Shown here: piece after piece, positions 24,075 to 37,651 of the stretch
How positions within the stretch are numbered: the stretch's first letter is position 1
How the letters are laid out: each line of letters opens with the position of its first letter
Origin: Octopus sinensis
Taxonomy: Eukaryota
NCBI RefSeq assembly: GCF_006345805.1
Contig: NC_043002.1
Coordinates: 10,540,001 to 10,604,000 of the forward strand
Reading direction: 5' to 3'
Length of the DNA stretch: 64,000 nucleotides
Translations under genes and position numbers: made by a program
The notes under the pieces: model-generated
Seen by the model: only the letters and a program-made list of their open reading frames with translations
Database searches by the model: none
What the model was told of the DNA's origin: nothing

Positions 24075-26540
24075 TCGCAAAAATATCGTCATGAAACCGG
24101 CCGACAAGGGTGGAGCCTAAACCTTTAGATGGCTGAAGCTGTCCCTCTACTTGAAGACACCACATTCTTTTTCTCTCTACCCTCTAGCCCCACGCCTAAC
24201 GTCCAACAGACTGTCCGCCACTATTCATGACCTCAATATTATTCTCCCGTATCCCTCTTGCCACCCCCAACCTCATTGCCGTAACCCACGCAGATCCACT
24301 ATCTACTTCTTTCCAAAATTCAGAAGCCCAATAACCTTAGCCGCCCCATCGTCTCCGCTTGCAACTGCCCCACTGAAATGGTCTCCAAATACCTCCACTG
24401 TGTATTTGCCCCTAGTGGTTTCCCCCACTTCACACATCCACAACACCAATCATGATCTCTTCCTGTTTAACTCTTTGAGACCCAAATATCCTCACAATTC
24501 AGTGGTCCCATCTCCCGAGCTATACGGTCGTTATAGAGATGATTGTATCGGCAGGACCTCACTCTCACGCGAATAACTGGATTCCTTCGTTTCATTTGTC
24601 CAATCCTTCCATCCTGTCCTCGAATTCTCCTGCACTATCTCTAACTCTTCTCTCGAATCTCTCGACATTTCTGTCTGCGTACACCACTGCGCTCTCACTG
24701 CCTTCATCCACTACAAACATATTGACTCATACTGTTACCTTAACTTCTCCTCTTCCCACCCTATACACACCAAGCTTTTTGTCCCCTACTCTCAATTGTT
24801 CAGTATACGTAGACTCTGCAGTGACGACCATGACTTTGAGACAGTTTCACATGATGGCTCGCCACTTCATCCTATGTGGGTATCCCCTCACCATTATTTA
24901 CACTGCCTTTGCCCTGGCACCATCTGTGGACCGTGCCTCTGCTCTTTCTCTTCACACCCGTAACAAACTTGCCCGCCCCCACTTCTTCTCACCTACCATC
25001 CCTCCCCTATTGCTCCAATGCACCATTCTCCAAGCGTTCGGTGACTCCAGTCCGACCTGTCCATCTCGCACATCTTCTCTAACCCAAACGAGCCCATAAC
25101 CTGCGTGACCACCTGGTCCACAGTTTCTTCGCTACCCCGGCCTTCCATTCTGGCTCCTTCCCTTGCTGTCACCCACGCTGCTGCATCTGCCCCTAACTCT
25201 CCAACACCACCATCCTCACAGACACCCATCACCGTCCCTATCACGTCACCGAATCCTTTACTTGTACTTCTAGTAATGTTATTTATTGTAACTTCTGCTA
25301 TCTCTTTCCTTCTCTGTACATCGGTCAAACGTGAAGCCACTTGTCTGACTGGTTCACGGGGTACCTCCGAGGTATCAGACTTAGCAATGGCATCCTGCTC
25401 TCGCACCACTTCTGTTCTATCTGTCATTTGCCACAGCATCTGTCCGTGTTCGGACTGTCTCAGCACAGGAGCCACCCGGACACCCGCCATCACCGTGAAC
25501 GAGAACTTATCTGGTCTCTTTGCTTCTTTGTGCCATATGAGCTCATCTCGCCTCCTCACGTCATATGATGCCACTCCCACACGGTTTCCCACACACTTTC
25601 CACATTTAACTGCCCTTCTCAAACTACACATCTGCATGCCGCCTACCTTGTTAACCTCACCACACATACACTACTATACAAACACCCATACACACTGTTG
25701 AACTCATCACCCACTTCACACAACATTACACACACCCCTCAACACCTTCCCACAAAACCTTCCCACACTCCACACACACTAGCACCGACTACTTCTCAGC
25801 ACCCACACCACACTCCATTATCCACACACCCAGACTCAAACTTTAATAGCGTCATCACACATATCACTATACGAGTAGCCACACACACCATCGAATTCAG
25901 TACACACCACACATCCTCATGCACACTCCCACACCCACACAAGCACATAATACATAAACAAAGGCTATATATATATATATACATACACATGCAACACGCA
26001 TTGACACACGCAACACGCTTAGACAAAGATAACTTCCTTCCATAAACATACACTGTACACATGCACACTATTTGCTTACAGACATACCTACACACCTCTT
26101 GAAAAAGCACACATCAACTGCGATACACAACACACACACACGTTAAACACAAACACGCACACGAACACCTCAGACTCACTTGCCCCCATTCACACATACA
26201 CACTCACACACACCGTTCTTACATACACACACATGCTCGCGCCTCTTATTTCGTTGGGAACACCATTATTACCTCCCTTTCATTCAGTCTCTTATTTTTA
26301 GTATTATTATCTCCTTTTCATTCAATCGTTTCCTTTCTAGTCATTCCGTCAATTTGGACCGCTGAACAGATTTTGTCTCTCCGCTGTTTTCATTTTCTCT
26401 CCATTTGTTCCTCTTATTCGAAGAGCGTAGACTCGAAACGTAAAAGACTTTTCTATTTTTCCTGATCGTCAAAGTAATACACCTTCTTGTTCTTCCTACA
26501 CCTTTCGTCGTCTTTTGCTTTGTGCAAATTTGAACTGTAT
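24075..26540 (+). mobile_element. Penelope-like retroelement (RT + GIY-YIG), decayed and internally deleted, ending in an HHR-type pLTR tail
   Basis: [11 protein letters not shown] (~24085), YFFPK, RPIVSACNCPTE, YGRYRDDCIG, YKHIDSYCYLNFSSSHPIHTK..PYSQL..IRRLCS, CTSSNVIYC..LYIGQT (~25263-25332). CA-rich 3' UTR; degenerate HHR GAAGAGCGTAGACTCGAAACGTAAAAG near 26420. Confidence 0.9.
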
Positions 26541-26614
26541 ATGTATATTTACATGCATACATGCATTATATACATACACACACACACACACCACACACAC
26601 ACACATATATATTA

Positions 26615-26648
<34 letters not shown>

Positions 26649-26715
26649 CACACATATATATAGAAATATGTATATATATATATGTATATATATATATATG
26701 TACATATATATATAC

Positions 26716-26746
<31 letters not shown>

Positions 26747-26781
26747 ATATATATATATTATATATATATTATATATATATA

Positions 26782-26838
<57 letters not shown>

Positions 26839-27433
26839 CTATATAATAAATACACACAATATACTACACACACAAAATATTTGCATGCCTGCATTAACAC
26901 TCCGACAATTAAGTGTTGTATCTTCGTTATAAAACAAATCCATCCTTATTAAAAAGAAATAGAAAAGAATGTACATACATATACACATACATATAGGCAT
27001 TGGCTTTGCTTTATACCAAATTCTTGTACTATCGATTCGGATATATTTGTAACTTGCCAGAAAAACTGCAGGATCGAAAGTATTAGAAAAAGACTTGATG
27101 GTCGGCTATTTGTACATAATACCCCCTATGAATCATTTTCTCTGTGGGAATATCAATGTACTCAGCTGACTTTGTAAGTATTTAATATTACGGAAAACGT
27201 GTCTATTAGATGCATGGCAGGATTTAATACATAAGAAGTATACTATCTATTTCTCGATTCGCTGCGTTCCAAATGACATGATCACGAACAACTGGGAAGA
27301 TAGTTCACACGATGTTGTAAATGGCGTCTACTCGTCAGAAACGAAGAAATATTTGGGAAGAAGACAATACACTTTCAGTTTTGTGAGCCCGTGCTGAAAT
27401 TTGGATTTACATAACTTTTGCAGTTTTAAGCTT

Positions 27434-27960
27434 TAATAATAATAATAATGAAATTATTGTATACAGTGCTCAGGTGCACCACAACTTGTCAGAGTATATG
27501 CAGTAACGTACAAATGCCTGGAAAGCGAACAGTGCATGAGTCAGATACATGCTTGTGTGTGTATGGAGGGGGAAAAAATCAGGTGTAGTGTTGGCGAATC
27601 TTAAGAAGCATGGAAAGTTTGAAGGATGCAGTGCTCCGACAACTAACAACTGATGCCGGTAGTTTGTTCCATGCTTCAGCAACTCTCAGCGTGAAAAAGT
27701 GTTTCCGAAAGTCATGGGAGCTGTGCTGTTTTCTGACTTTGTAACTATGTCCACGGGTGTTAGATGGGTGGAGTTTGAAAAGGTGCTCAGAGTTATTGTT
27801 TGTAAGATGGTTGATAATTTTATGTGTGTCTGCCAAGTCCGCTGCCAGACGTCGGAGTTTCAATGTGTCCATGCCCAGGGAAGTAAGGCGTTCAGAATAT
27901 GGCAAATGCCTGATGGAGGGTATTCTTTTGGTTGCACGTCGCTGAACACTTTGATCGAGT
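27434..27960 (-). mobile_element. CR1-clade LINE 3' fragment with (TTA)n tail
   Basis: ORF 27579-27905: YSERLTSLGMDTLKLRR..DL..THKI..TRGHSYK..RKHFFTLRVAEAWNKLP. Confidence 0.88.
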
Positions 27961-28089
27961 TTTTAACTGTACTCTACTAAATGACAGGTGAAACATGATG
28001 AATAGACTTGATCAATAAACTTGATGAAACACGATGAATAAATTTGTCTTATATCGACCCTATAGTCCGATGACAGAAATTTTCTGTTT

Positions 28090-28545
28090 TAAAATCATTT
28101 AAATCAGAACCTTCTCTCAAAATTTCGTGTTACTTTCTGTTCCACACATCAGCTAAATAACAATAAATTTATTTTACTAAATTCATCAGAAATTTTAAGA
28201 TTCGTTGAAACAAAGATGATGTATTTCAAAAATAAATAAAGTAACAAATGTGTTAAAGTGATTTAATGCAAAACCTTCCTTCAAAATTTAATATTATATT
28301 CTCAATTTATTAAGGTTATTTCTGTGAATTATTCATATTTAACAATAAATTGAAACAAATTTATTGTATTTCAAAAGAACTATGGTAAAGTGATCTAAAT
28401 TACAACCGTCCATCAAATTTCCATACCAATCTATGTTCAAGTCCCTGTTTAATAATGACAAAATTAGTTTACTAAATTCTTTGATATTTTAGAAAATTAG
28501 CTGAAACGAAGTGCATCTCAAAAAAAAATGCTAATAAAAACGTTC
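28090..28545 (+). repeat. Three degenerate tandem copies of an AT-rich ~150-bp unit
   Basis: Recurring AACCTTC..CAAAATTT ... TTTACTAAATTC ... TGAAACAAA..GTATTTCAAAA. Confidence 0.55.
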
Positions 28546-28812
28546 ACATTTTTTCCCTCGCTGCGTTTTCTTAGCTCTTGCTTTGAAACAATATGGGGAA
28601 AGCCACAGACTTAACTTTCACGTTGATAGTTATAACTTCGCACTCCCAAACAGCATATCCAACGCACTAAAATGATAGTGATATCTTTTTAATGATATAT
28701 CTTTATAATTAATGACACATCATAATCAAAATTTATTACTGAATCTGAAAAACGAGTAAAATCTTTCACAAGTTTGTGGTATATATGCTTACACACGCAG
28801 GCGTACACTCAT

Positions 28813-28847
<35 letters not shown>

Positions 28848-28894
28848 TACACACGCTCGCACACACATACGTTCCCATATATGTATACAAGCAT

Positions 28895-28929
<35 letters not shown>

Positions 28930-28978
28930 GAGAGAGAGAGGCAAACAGACAGACAGACAGACAGACAGATAGACAGAC

Positions 28979-29040
<62 letters not shown>

Positions 29041-30857
29041 GACTAAGTCTAGCCATACAGTGTATCTCATGGCATATTTATATATATATATAGTTCACTT
29101 ACCTCGGATCCTATATGCAAGGCTGGGTCTCCAGTAACCTTATATCATAGGCAGTAAAAAACTGTTTTACCTGAGTATGTGCCGATGAAATTGGGGTACG
29201 TCCAATATACGCATGCGTCTTTCGTTATGTCATCAAATACGGGAATTCAATCACCGTATCGAATGCATACACACAAATATGGCTACTAGTGTATACAGTA
29301 CAACACTCAGATTTTAAAATGTTCATAGAATCTATGAAATTAAGACGGACGATATGACCCACCGTAAAACAACCTTCCGGAATATGTCTTCTTTTTGGAT
29401 TTAATGAATTTGTCAAGACACTTCATATTACAGTCCTGAAGATGGGAATACAAGACGTTACAGTAAAGTGGAGGTCATTCTTACCCGTAATATGAAAGAA
29501 TACTGGTGGAATATTCCTGGGAAACCCTCTCTAAATTCTAAGCTCAACAGTCCAGAAAAATATTGATCTGAGATATAGAAGAGATGATGTTTTCTGTATA
29601 AATTAGTTGTTCATCAGATCTTCAATACAATATTGAAGATAAAAGTGAAAAACAACATACAAGGTGGGCTAATGAGAAATCTTTAGATTCTAACTCATGT
29701 AGACTATAACCTTAGGGTTTTTACCTCTGAATATAGGGCCATATTTTCTAACTACCGTTGTACCAATCTTGTATAAATGTATGAATTTATGAGCGTATTA
29801 TGGAGACATACATATGTACACATACATGCATACATAAACTCATACATCCATCCATCCATCCATCCATCCATACATACATAAATACATACATACATACATA
29901 CATACATACATACATACGTACATACATACATATATACATAATGGTGAAGCTAAAAACAAATGTGCAGGCGTATTTGTTCACTGAAAATTGCGTGTTCGAA
30001 CGTTTTCCTCAACAATTATGCTCTGATGCGTTACTGATATTTTTTTGTTTGTTTTCTGTTTGTTTTTTGTTTTTTTGTTTTGTTTTGTTTATTCACATAC
30101 GCACACCCACACCCACGTTGTTACCTGCGTAAGTGAAACATATTTTCCTCAACAACTCGGTAGCATTCATACGGGATTATAAATAATACTTCTCATCTCA
30201 CCGCGGGAAATTTCGCTTCGACAATCATGGCTGATACTAATAACAGCACAAACAAATACAGCCCTCCAACGCCGCACGAATATTCTCCACACTTCGCTTG
30301 TCTTATGTTTAAACCATGATTTACTTTGGTGCTGTCAAAAAGAACGTTTAAATCCGTCTATCAGTTATATGAAGCTGTTAAATATGTACCGGGACGAAAT
30401 CTTCCCAAACTTAAACCATATTACAGACAGCAATTATCATTTCAATTCTTGTGATGTCAGTCGCTATTCTGAAGAGACCTATATAGGTACGAAAGCTGTC
30501 ATAGACGATAGCAGATAAATATTGAAAGTATAACGCCGACGTAACTGCCAAGCTGATAGGAAAGATACGGCTGTAGAATATAAACAGCTTAAAACATTTT
30601 CAGATATTCTCTCCAGTTCCGCTAAACCAGAGTTTCCTAATCTTTTTTCGCATGTACCCAGCGAAACCATTTCAATACTTACAACCACGCAACCGAAATC
30701 TACTTTTATGTAACGAAATTAGTGTTTGTAATTGAATTGCAAATGAACGCAAACTATTTTATTATTTCTGTATAAATAATAGCTGATATTATTTCTCCAG
30801 TCACGCTTTACATTGCAGATAGACTGGAAGGAAGAGAAAAACCAAAAATGAGATGCT

Positions 30858-30890
<33 letters not shown>

Positions 30891-32256
30891 TGAGAGAGAG
30901 AGAGAGAGAGTTAAACATACGAGTGCATATAAGGGGTTTCGTGGCAGACAATGAGTAAAGACACGCTATAGATACAATGAGAGAGAAAGAATCAAAGAAA
31001 TAGAAGAAGAGGGGAGAAGACGGAGGAGATGTAGTAAATGACAGAGTAGTTATAGGAAGAGTTAAATTTGTTTCAATTAATTTTATTTTATTTTAAGATA
31101 GTAAATAATTTTGAAAATTAATATTTATTTCATTCTTTTGTATAAGCACCAAGGAATTTCATGAAAGTTATGTTATAATTATTGTGTATACACTCTATTT
31201 CTTGATATTACCCATGGTGGAAAAATTATACTTTCAACAATGTAGCATCCTAGTTCTATAATAGTTGAACATTTTCATTGATGTGAATAACCAAAAATAA
31301 CTGATGTTGTATGCATTGTTTATTAATGTGATTGTAATATGTTGAAATAGCGCCAGACGTTTGTTAATGTGATCCCTGCAGCTGACGACTTACAGAAAGT
31401 TTTACAATATTTAGTTCGAAATTTGATAAAAGTAGTTGTAATTCCCCAAACTGTTTTATTTTCATTCGGTTTCTATTGTCAGTCAAAATTTAATTTACTG
31501 CACTAAAACTTTTTTCCCTCAGATAAAAGGACGAAGAAGCAGTAAAAACTAGTTTGGCATCTTTCCACAATATAGGATACAAAAGATTACATTGCAATTA
31601 TATTTCACACAATCTTCGATTTTTAAATATCCTCTTTACTTCATCATTTTAGAAATCAATGATGGTTTCCTTTAAACCATTTTTTCTTCTTCTATTTCTC
31701 CCAACGATAGAGATTTTTTCAACTCAGTCAGGAATCTACTGTTTAATCATTAAATCTTGTCTCATATATACTTTCAACTGTTGTAAATGTATACAGTATG
31801 TCCTCAGATTATCGTCTCTAAATCATTGTAAAAGGATTTCCATTGATGAAAACTGACAAGACACCTTTCTAACAAGGTTTCGCTTGTACAGTTCAATCTC
31901 CCTCGTGAAGTTTTATATGCATTGGATTACAATTGTTTCCTTCTATTTGAAAATTCAGGCTTTTCATCTTGTCATAAAGATATCAGCTTATTACATCGCA
32001 TCGCTATGAATAAAATCAATGCATTTTGCTAGTTGGATATTATAATTCATAGGTAAAACTTCAACAATGGAACTGTTAATCATGGTGAAGTGTTTCAAAC
32101 AGGATCCTTTTCATAGCCACAAAACCTCAGCGTAAAGAAACAGTGCTTCAGTTTCTTCAATTGATAGAACAGCCTATTATATAAAGCATGTGATTTGAAT
32201 TTGAATAACCTTAAATAATACAGACATCAAGCTTGAAAACAACTACTCATGAGATA

Positions 32257-32397
32257 TAAGGTTGTCCCAAAAGTTCGTAGAAAGTCTTGGAAAATAATGG
32301 TCTTTATTTTGAGGAATAATTTTTGTTGTTTTTGTTAGTACTTGGCGAGTAAAAATTCAATTTTCGCAAGTGTTTACGAACTTTTGGGACAACCTAA
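32257..32397. mobile_element. Mariner-type MITE
   Basis: TIRs AGGTTGTCCCAAAAGTTCGTA / TACGAACTTTTGGGACAACCT with TA on both sides. Confidence 0.85.
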
Positions 32398-32706
32398 TAT
32401 TTTAACAACGAAATATAATCGATGAATTACACAGTGAATTGCAGATACATCAGACACTTCTCTTTCATATATGACACAAGACAAGCTTTGCGGTGTGTAA
32501 TAGACGGTGCGACATCAGTTCTGTGCGATAATATATTGCACAGCAAGAATTGCTTCTCCCTTCTCGGTGGTGATTCTCTTAATGAAACACGTGTTAAATA
32601 CCTTCAAAGTATTAACTATTTGAGGAAAATTACGATTTCATGGTTTTATGCTCTTTAAGATCGTTCTAGCCATCAGTACTGCCTCACACACATATATATG
32701 TATACG

Positions 32707-32745
<39 letters not shown>

Positions 32746-32839
32746 CCGGTGTGGGTAGTGTGATTGTGTGTAAATATGTGTGAGCTTGTGTGAGTGTGTG
32801 TGTTTGTGTGCGTGTGAGTGTGTGCGCGTGTGTGTAGCT

Positions 32840-33070
32840 ATGTGTGTTTGGTTACATGCTTTGATTCGTGCTGTTGTTGCATTTGTCTTCTACCACCATT
32901 TGACAAATGGTGTTGGTTTGTTTACACTCTCCTTACTCTTTTTTGGTGAAAGACAATATGCCAAGCTTAAAAAATAAATACTGGGTTCGACGTTTTAGTG
33001 CTAAGCCCTTCAAGGCAGTGATCCAGCATGGCCGCATTCAAATGACTGAAACAAGTGAAAGATAAAAGAG
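32840..33070 (+). mobile_element. SINE-B 3' half
   Basis: TTGACAAATGGTGTTGGT..CCAGCATGGCCGCATTCAAATGACTGAAACAAG. Confidence 0.7.
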
Positions 33071-33212
33071 GAGGTCTATACTAAATACCTTTGGATCTCA
33101 CTGCGTGAAACAGCAAAGTGGGGCTTTTTTAAAAAATATATAACAGAAATCAATTAAAGTATCAACAAATTTGGTTGACCTTTGTATTTCACTGATTGTG
33201 ATATAGATATAT

Positions 33213-33541
33213 GGGAGCACTCCGTCGGTTGCGACGCCGAGGGTCCCAGCTGATACGATCAACAGAACAGCTTGCTCGTGAAATTAACGTGCAAGTGGCT
33301 GAGCACTCCACAGATACGTGTACCCTTAACGTAGTTTTCGAGGAGATTCAGCGTGACACAGAGAGTGACAAGGCTGGCCCTTTGAAATACAGGTACTACT
33401 CATTTTTTCCAGCTGAGTGGACTGGAGCAACGTGAAAATAAAGTGTCTTGCTCAAGGACACAACGCGCCGCCAGGCTTTGAACTCACGGCCTTACGATCA
33501 CGAGCCGATTGCCCCTAACCACTAAGCCACGCGTCTTCACC
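33213..33541 (-). mobile_element. SINE head D + tail Y
   Basis: CORE-like GTGTCCTTGAGCAAGACACTT; TSD ATAGATATAT. Confidence 0.9.
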
Positions 33542-33717
33542 ATAGATATATATTTATGAGTAAAAGACATTAGTAAAAATTGTGCTCGTTGACACTCTCA
33601 AGCCTCTAAACGCTTCCCTGTGGTATGATTTTGCTCCCCACCCTTTTCACGATTTCAAAGGTGTGACTGTTCGGACCTTGTTAGGAAACATTATTCAACA
33701 GACTATTAATATGGAAA

Positions 33718-34039
33718 GACCCAGACCGGGCGTTGTGAGTGTTTATTGAGCGAAAACACCTAAAGCTCCACGCGGCTCCGGCAGGGGATGGTGGTGATCC
33801 CTGCTGTACTCTTTCACCACAACTTTCTCTCACTCTTACTTCCTGTTTCTGTTGTACCTGTATTTCAAAGGGCCGGCCTTGTCACTCTCTGTGTCACGCT
33901 GAATATCCCCGAGAACTACGTTAAGGGTACACGTATCTGTGGAGTGCTCAGCCACCTACACGTTAATGTCACGAGCAGGCTGTTCCGTTGATTCGGATCA
34001 ACCGGAACCCTCGTCGTCGTAACCGACGGAGTGCTTCCA
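33718..34039 (+). mobile_element. 5'-truncated SINE head C + tail Y
   Basis: TSD TAATATGGAAA. Confidence 0.9.
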
Positions 34040-34594
34040 TAATATGGAAAAAAACAACCACTCGTATATTAATCATTATTTATGGTGCCAGTGGAATCTA
34101 AATTAAAATGTGTTAACACATGTCAGGCAACCACTGTCTCTTTCTATCCACCTACTATTTTTTCTAAAATAACACGTAGGATTTAACTTCCAGGACTGGT
34201 AATAAAATATGCCAACTTCAGAGAACCTGGCAGATAAGAAAAATGAACATTTGACGAATCTGTCAAATGACTGCACAGTGGAATCAAATATTTGATGTAA
34301 CTGTATACTGAAAACTGAATAATATAATTTCACAGCTCCGCAATTTTTTCATAAACGGTTTTTTATAAAAGAAAAAAAACGGACGAAAGCGTACGGCAAT
34401 TTTACACTCAAATAATTTACGACCTAATAACTTCGAACACGAACTTACGATGTGTAGAAAATCTGTCACTGAAAAGAACTGCCGTCAAACAAATTTGAAA
34501 GAGAAGTTTGCTTCTAATTAACAAGCTATTTGCAAGACAGCTGCAAAAACTACTATCGCTCTGAGGTGTGGGCATGGCACATAGGCATAGATAT

Positions 34595-34827
34595 TATTTC
34601 TTTATTGCCCACAAGGAGCTAAACATAGAAGGAACAAACAAGGGCAGACAATGGGATTAAGTCGATTACATCGACCCCAGTGCGTAAATGGTACTTAATT
34701 TATCGACCCCGAAAGTGTGAAAGGCAAAGTTGACCTCGGCGGAATTTGAACGCAGAACGTAGCGGCAGACGAAATACTACTAAGTATTTCGCCCGGCGTG
34801 CTAACGTTTCTGCCAGCTCGCCGCCTT
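34595..34827 (-). mobile_element. SINE-A (tail2), full length
   Basis: Full consensus; TSD ACATAGGCATAGATAT. Confidence 0.92.
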
Positions 34828-34834
34828 ACATAGG

Positions 34835-35360
34835 CATAGATATGGCTGTGTGATGAAGAATCCAGCTTTGAAGCCATATGATTACGGGTTCAGTCCCACT
34901 ACGCGGTACTTTCGGCAAGTGTCTTCTACTATAGCCCCAGGCCAACCAGTGCTTTGAGAGGGAATTTGGTAGATTGACAACTGCTTGACAACTGGTGATG
35001 GTTTGTTTACGCCCTCGTTAACGATAGAATAAATATTAAACTTAAAAAATAAGTTCTGTTGTCGTTTTGTTCAACTAAAATTCTTCGGTGAGGTCTCCCA
35101 GCATGGCGACAGTCCGATGACCGAAACAAGTAAAGAGCAGAACACAAACGATGCAAAATAGATCTTATTTTCGAGCCGACCTGAAATAAATTTAATTTAG
35201 CGTTGGAGTGGCTGTGTGGTAAGTAGCTTGTTTACCGACCACATGGTTCCAGGTTCAGTCCCACTGCATGGCACCATGGGCAAGTGTCTTCTACTATAAC
35301 ATCGGGCCCACCGAAGACTTGTGAGTGGATTTGCTAGACAGAAACTGAAAGAAGCCCGTC

Positions 35361-35432
<72 letters not shown>

Positions 35433-35444
35433 TGTGTGTGTGTG

Positions 35445-35477
<33 letters not shown>

Positions 35478-35695
35478 TTGTGTGTCTGTGTTTGTCCCCC
35501 AACATCGCTTGACAACAGATGCTGGTGATTTTACGTCTTCGTAACTTAGCGATTCGGCGAAAGAGCCCGATAGAATAAGCACTAGGCTTACAAAGAATAA
35601 TTCCTGGAGTCGATTTGCTCGACTGAAAGGCGGTGCTCCAGCATGGCAACAGTCAAAATGACTGAAACAAGTAAAAGAGTAAAGAGTAAAGAGAG
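34835..35695 (+). mobile_element. Two SINE-B copies (34835-35140 decayed; 35200-35695 full length)
   Basis: Head, internal microsatellite and tail as in 61586-62033. Confidence 0.88.
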
Positions 35696-35886
35696 TAGCA
35701 CTTTGATTTTAATGATTGAATGTTTTATAGCCATCCACAACTAATCTTACCGCATAAACTTTGATAATAACACTCGAACTTTGAAAATGGCAACATAATG
35801 TGAATGCACCAGGAAGAGCCTAATTGTTGAGCACTTGTACAAACTATTGTCATTCTATAAAATGTAGTTTCCATATATCTACAATA

Positions 35887-36116
35887 AGGCGGCGAGCTGG
35901 CAGAAAAGTTAGCACGCCGGGCGAAATGCGTAGCCGTATTTCGTCTGCCGTTATGTTCTGGGTTCAAATTCCGCCGAGGTCGACTTTGCCTTTCATCCTT
36001 TCGGGGTCGATAAATTAAGTACCAGTTACGCACTGGGGTCGAGGTAATCGACTTAATCCGTTTGTCTGTCCTTGTTTGTCCCCTCTGTGTTTAGACCCTT
36101 GTGGGTAGTAAAGAAA
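35887..36116 (+). mobile_element. SINE-A (tail2), full length
   Basis: Full consensus; TSD ATATATCTA(C/A)AATA. Confidence 0.92.
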
Positions 36117-37651
36117 TATATATCTAAAATATGGGAGACAAAAATGACATAGTAATTTGGCTCGCTGCAGTAAGAGCTTATCTTGTCATGAAGCAAACTA
36201 CGCACTTAATAGAAATATAGAGGCTTATTGCTTCCATAAATAAGCTACCATAATGAATATCGCTAATGTAAGTTTAGTTCAGCATGATGGTTCCTGAAGA
36301 GTTGGCAGGTAAAAAGTGAGGAATGAGTGATGTATTAATAAAAATAATCTAAGGAATACAAATAGAGTGAGAAGTTTGGGTTGCTTGGGGAAAATGACTA
36401 TTGTTTATTTGTAGTTTTTGAAAGAACAGTATTTGACAAAGGTGCTGAAGTGCTCAGTTGGTGCCGTAGAAAGGTTTGCAAAGACCTGGTCAACCAACTT
36501 CATTCTTGTAATTGAAAGCTCTGTGATTTTCTCTTGCTCTAGAAATCTTTGAAAGTGAATATTCGACAGAAGACTGTCTGTCTAGGAAAGGGAATTACAA
36601 CCGTGTTTCGTGGTCTGCTACCACAACAGCTCCTTAATAGGATCCAGTTAGCTCAAGACATCATCAGGAGGAACCAACGTCTGGTTTCAGCCCCTACTCC
36701 TCTACCGTTTTGACGTGGTGGGGCCCCCTCCTTTCGGAGGTGTCTTCAGCTCTGGTGCTGGGTGCATGTCTTCTTTCTTCTGCTTTCTTCTGTTCCCTGG
36801 CCTCTTCGATGTACTGTTCGTTTTAATGCTAAATCTTGTTATCTGATTTACTAATTTCTTTTACGAATTTAATCCATAATTCCGCCAATTTAATCCATAA
36901 TTTCTTGGCAATTGAAATATTTACACAGAAAATAGTTACAGTTCTAAGAAGCAAGACGAAATAATTTCACGATGTAGAAGAATGGACTTAGCCAAAATTA
37001 ATATTCCTACTTGACAAGTGAACGTGAGAGAATTCCTGACGAAGCCAATTTTACATAAATGAATTCCATTGCCTTTCTTCTGAGTACAAATACCAAGGTA
37101 CTGACTAAATTATGTAATGTAGTGAACACGGATTGAATAACCAAAACACATTCAAAGAACAAAGCGCAATATATTACGGGTTGAAATATAAAAGGATTTC
37201 CTCTTTCAACAAAGTAATAATCCATAATACATTCGCAATATCATTATAAGAGATACTTGACTGCACAATAGAGAAAATCCTTTTCATGTATATTAAAACC
37301 CGTGAGATCCTCGTTGAGAAGCTGCCGCTGAAATAGAGATATCGACAGCGTCCATCTGAGGAGAAAAGGCGGGGAAGAATTTTATGATTTATGATCAGTG
37401 TAATAAATATCTTTTGAATGTTGTATCATATATATAACACCGAATGAAGCAATATCAACAAAAGCAAAACATTAACCAAGTGTTTAAAATTAAATAGTTT
37501 AGCATCAAAAGATCTGACATGAATATCACAAGCGGCCGATGATCCTGAATAGGATCTCTGTAATACAACAACTATCGAACGAAAGGACCTCACCGTAGAC
37601 GAAAATAGGAAAGACTTCGCGTACCACAAATGCTTACGCAAGTGTATTTGT

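Noticed and set aside
24993-25701. ORFs of 224 aa (minus) and 198 aa (plus) as novel proteins
   Set aside because: They are antisense or off-frame readings of the decayed Penelope GIY-YIG region.
30228-30320. Short ATG-initiated ORF MADTNNSTNKYSPP..
   Set aside because: About 30 codons with no homology or splice evidence.
31300-32200. Possible decayed hAT-like transposase (SIDE-like motif near 31840)
   Set aside because: Only scattered motif hints; needs tBLASTx or an HMM search.
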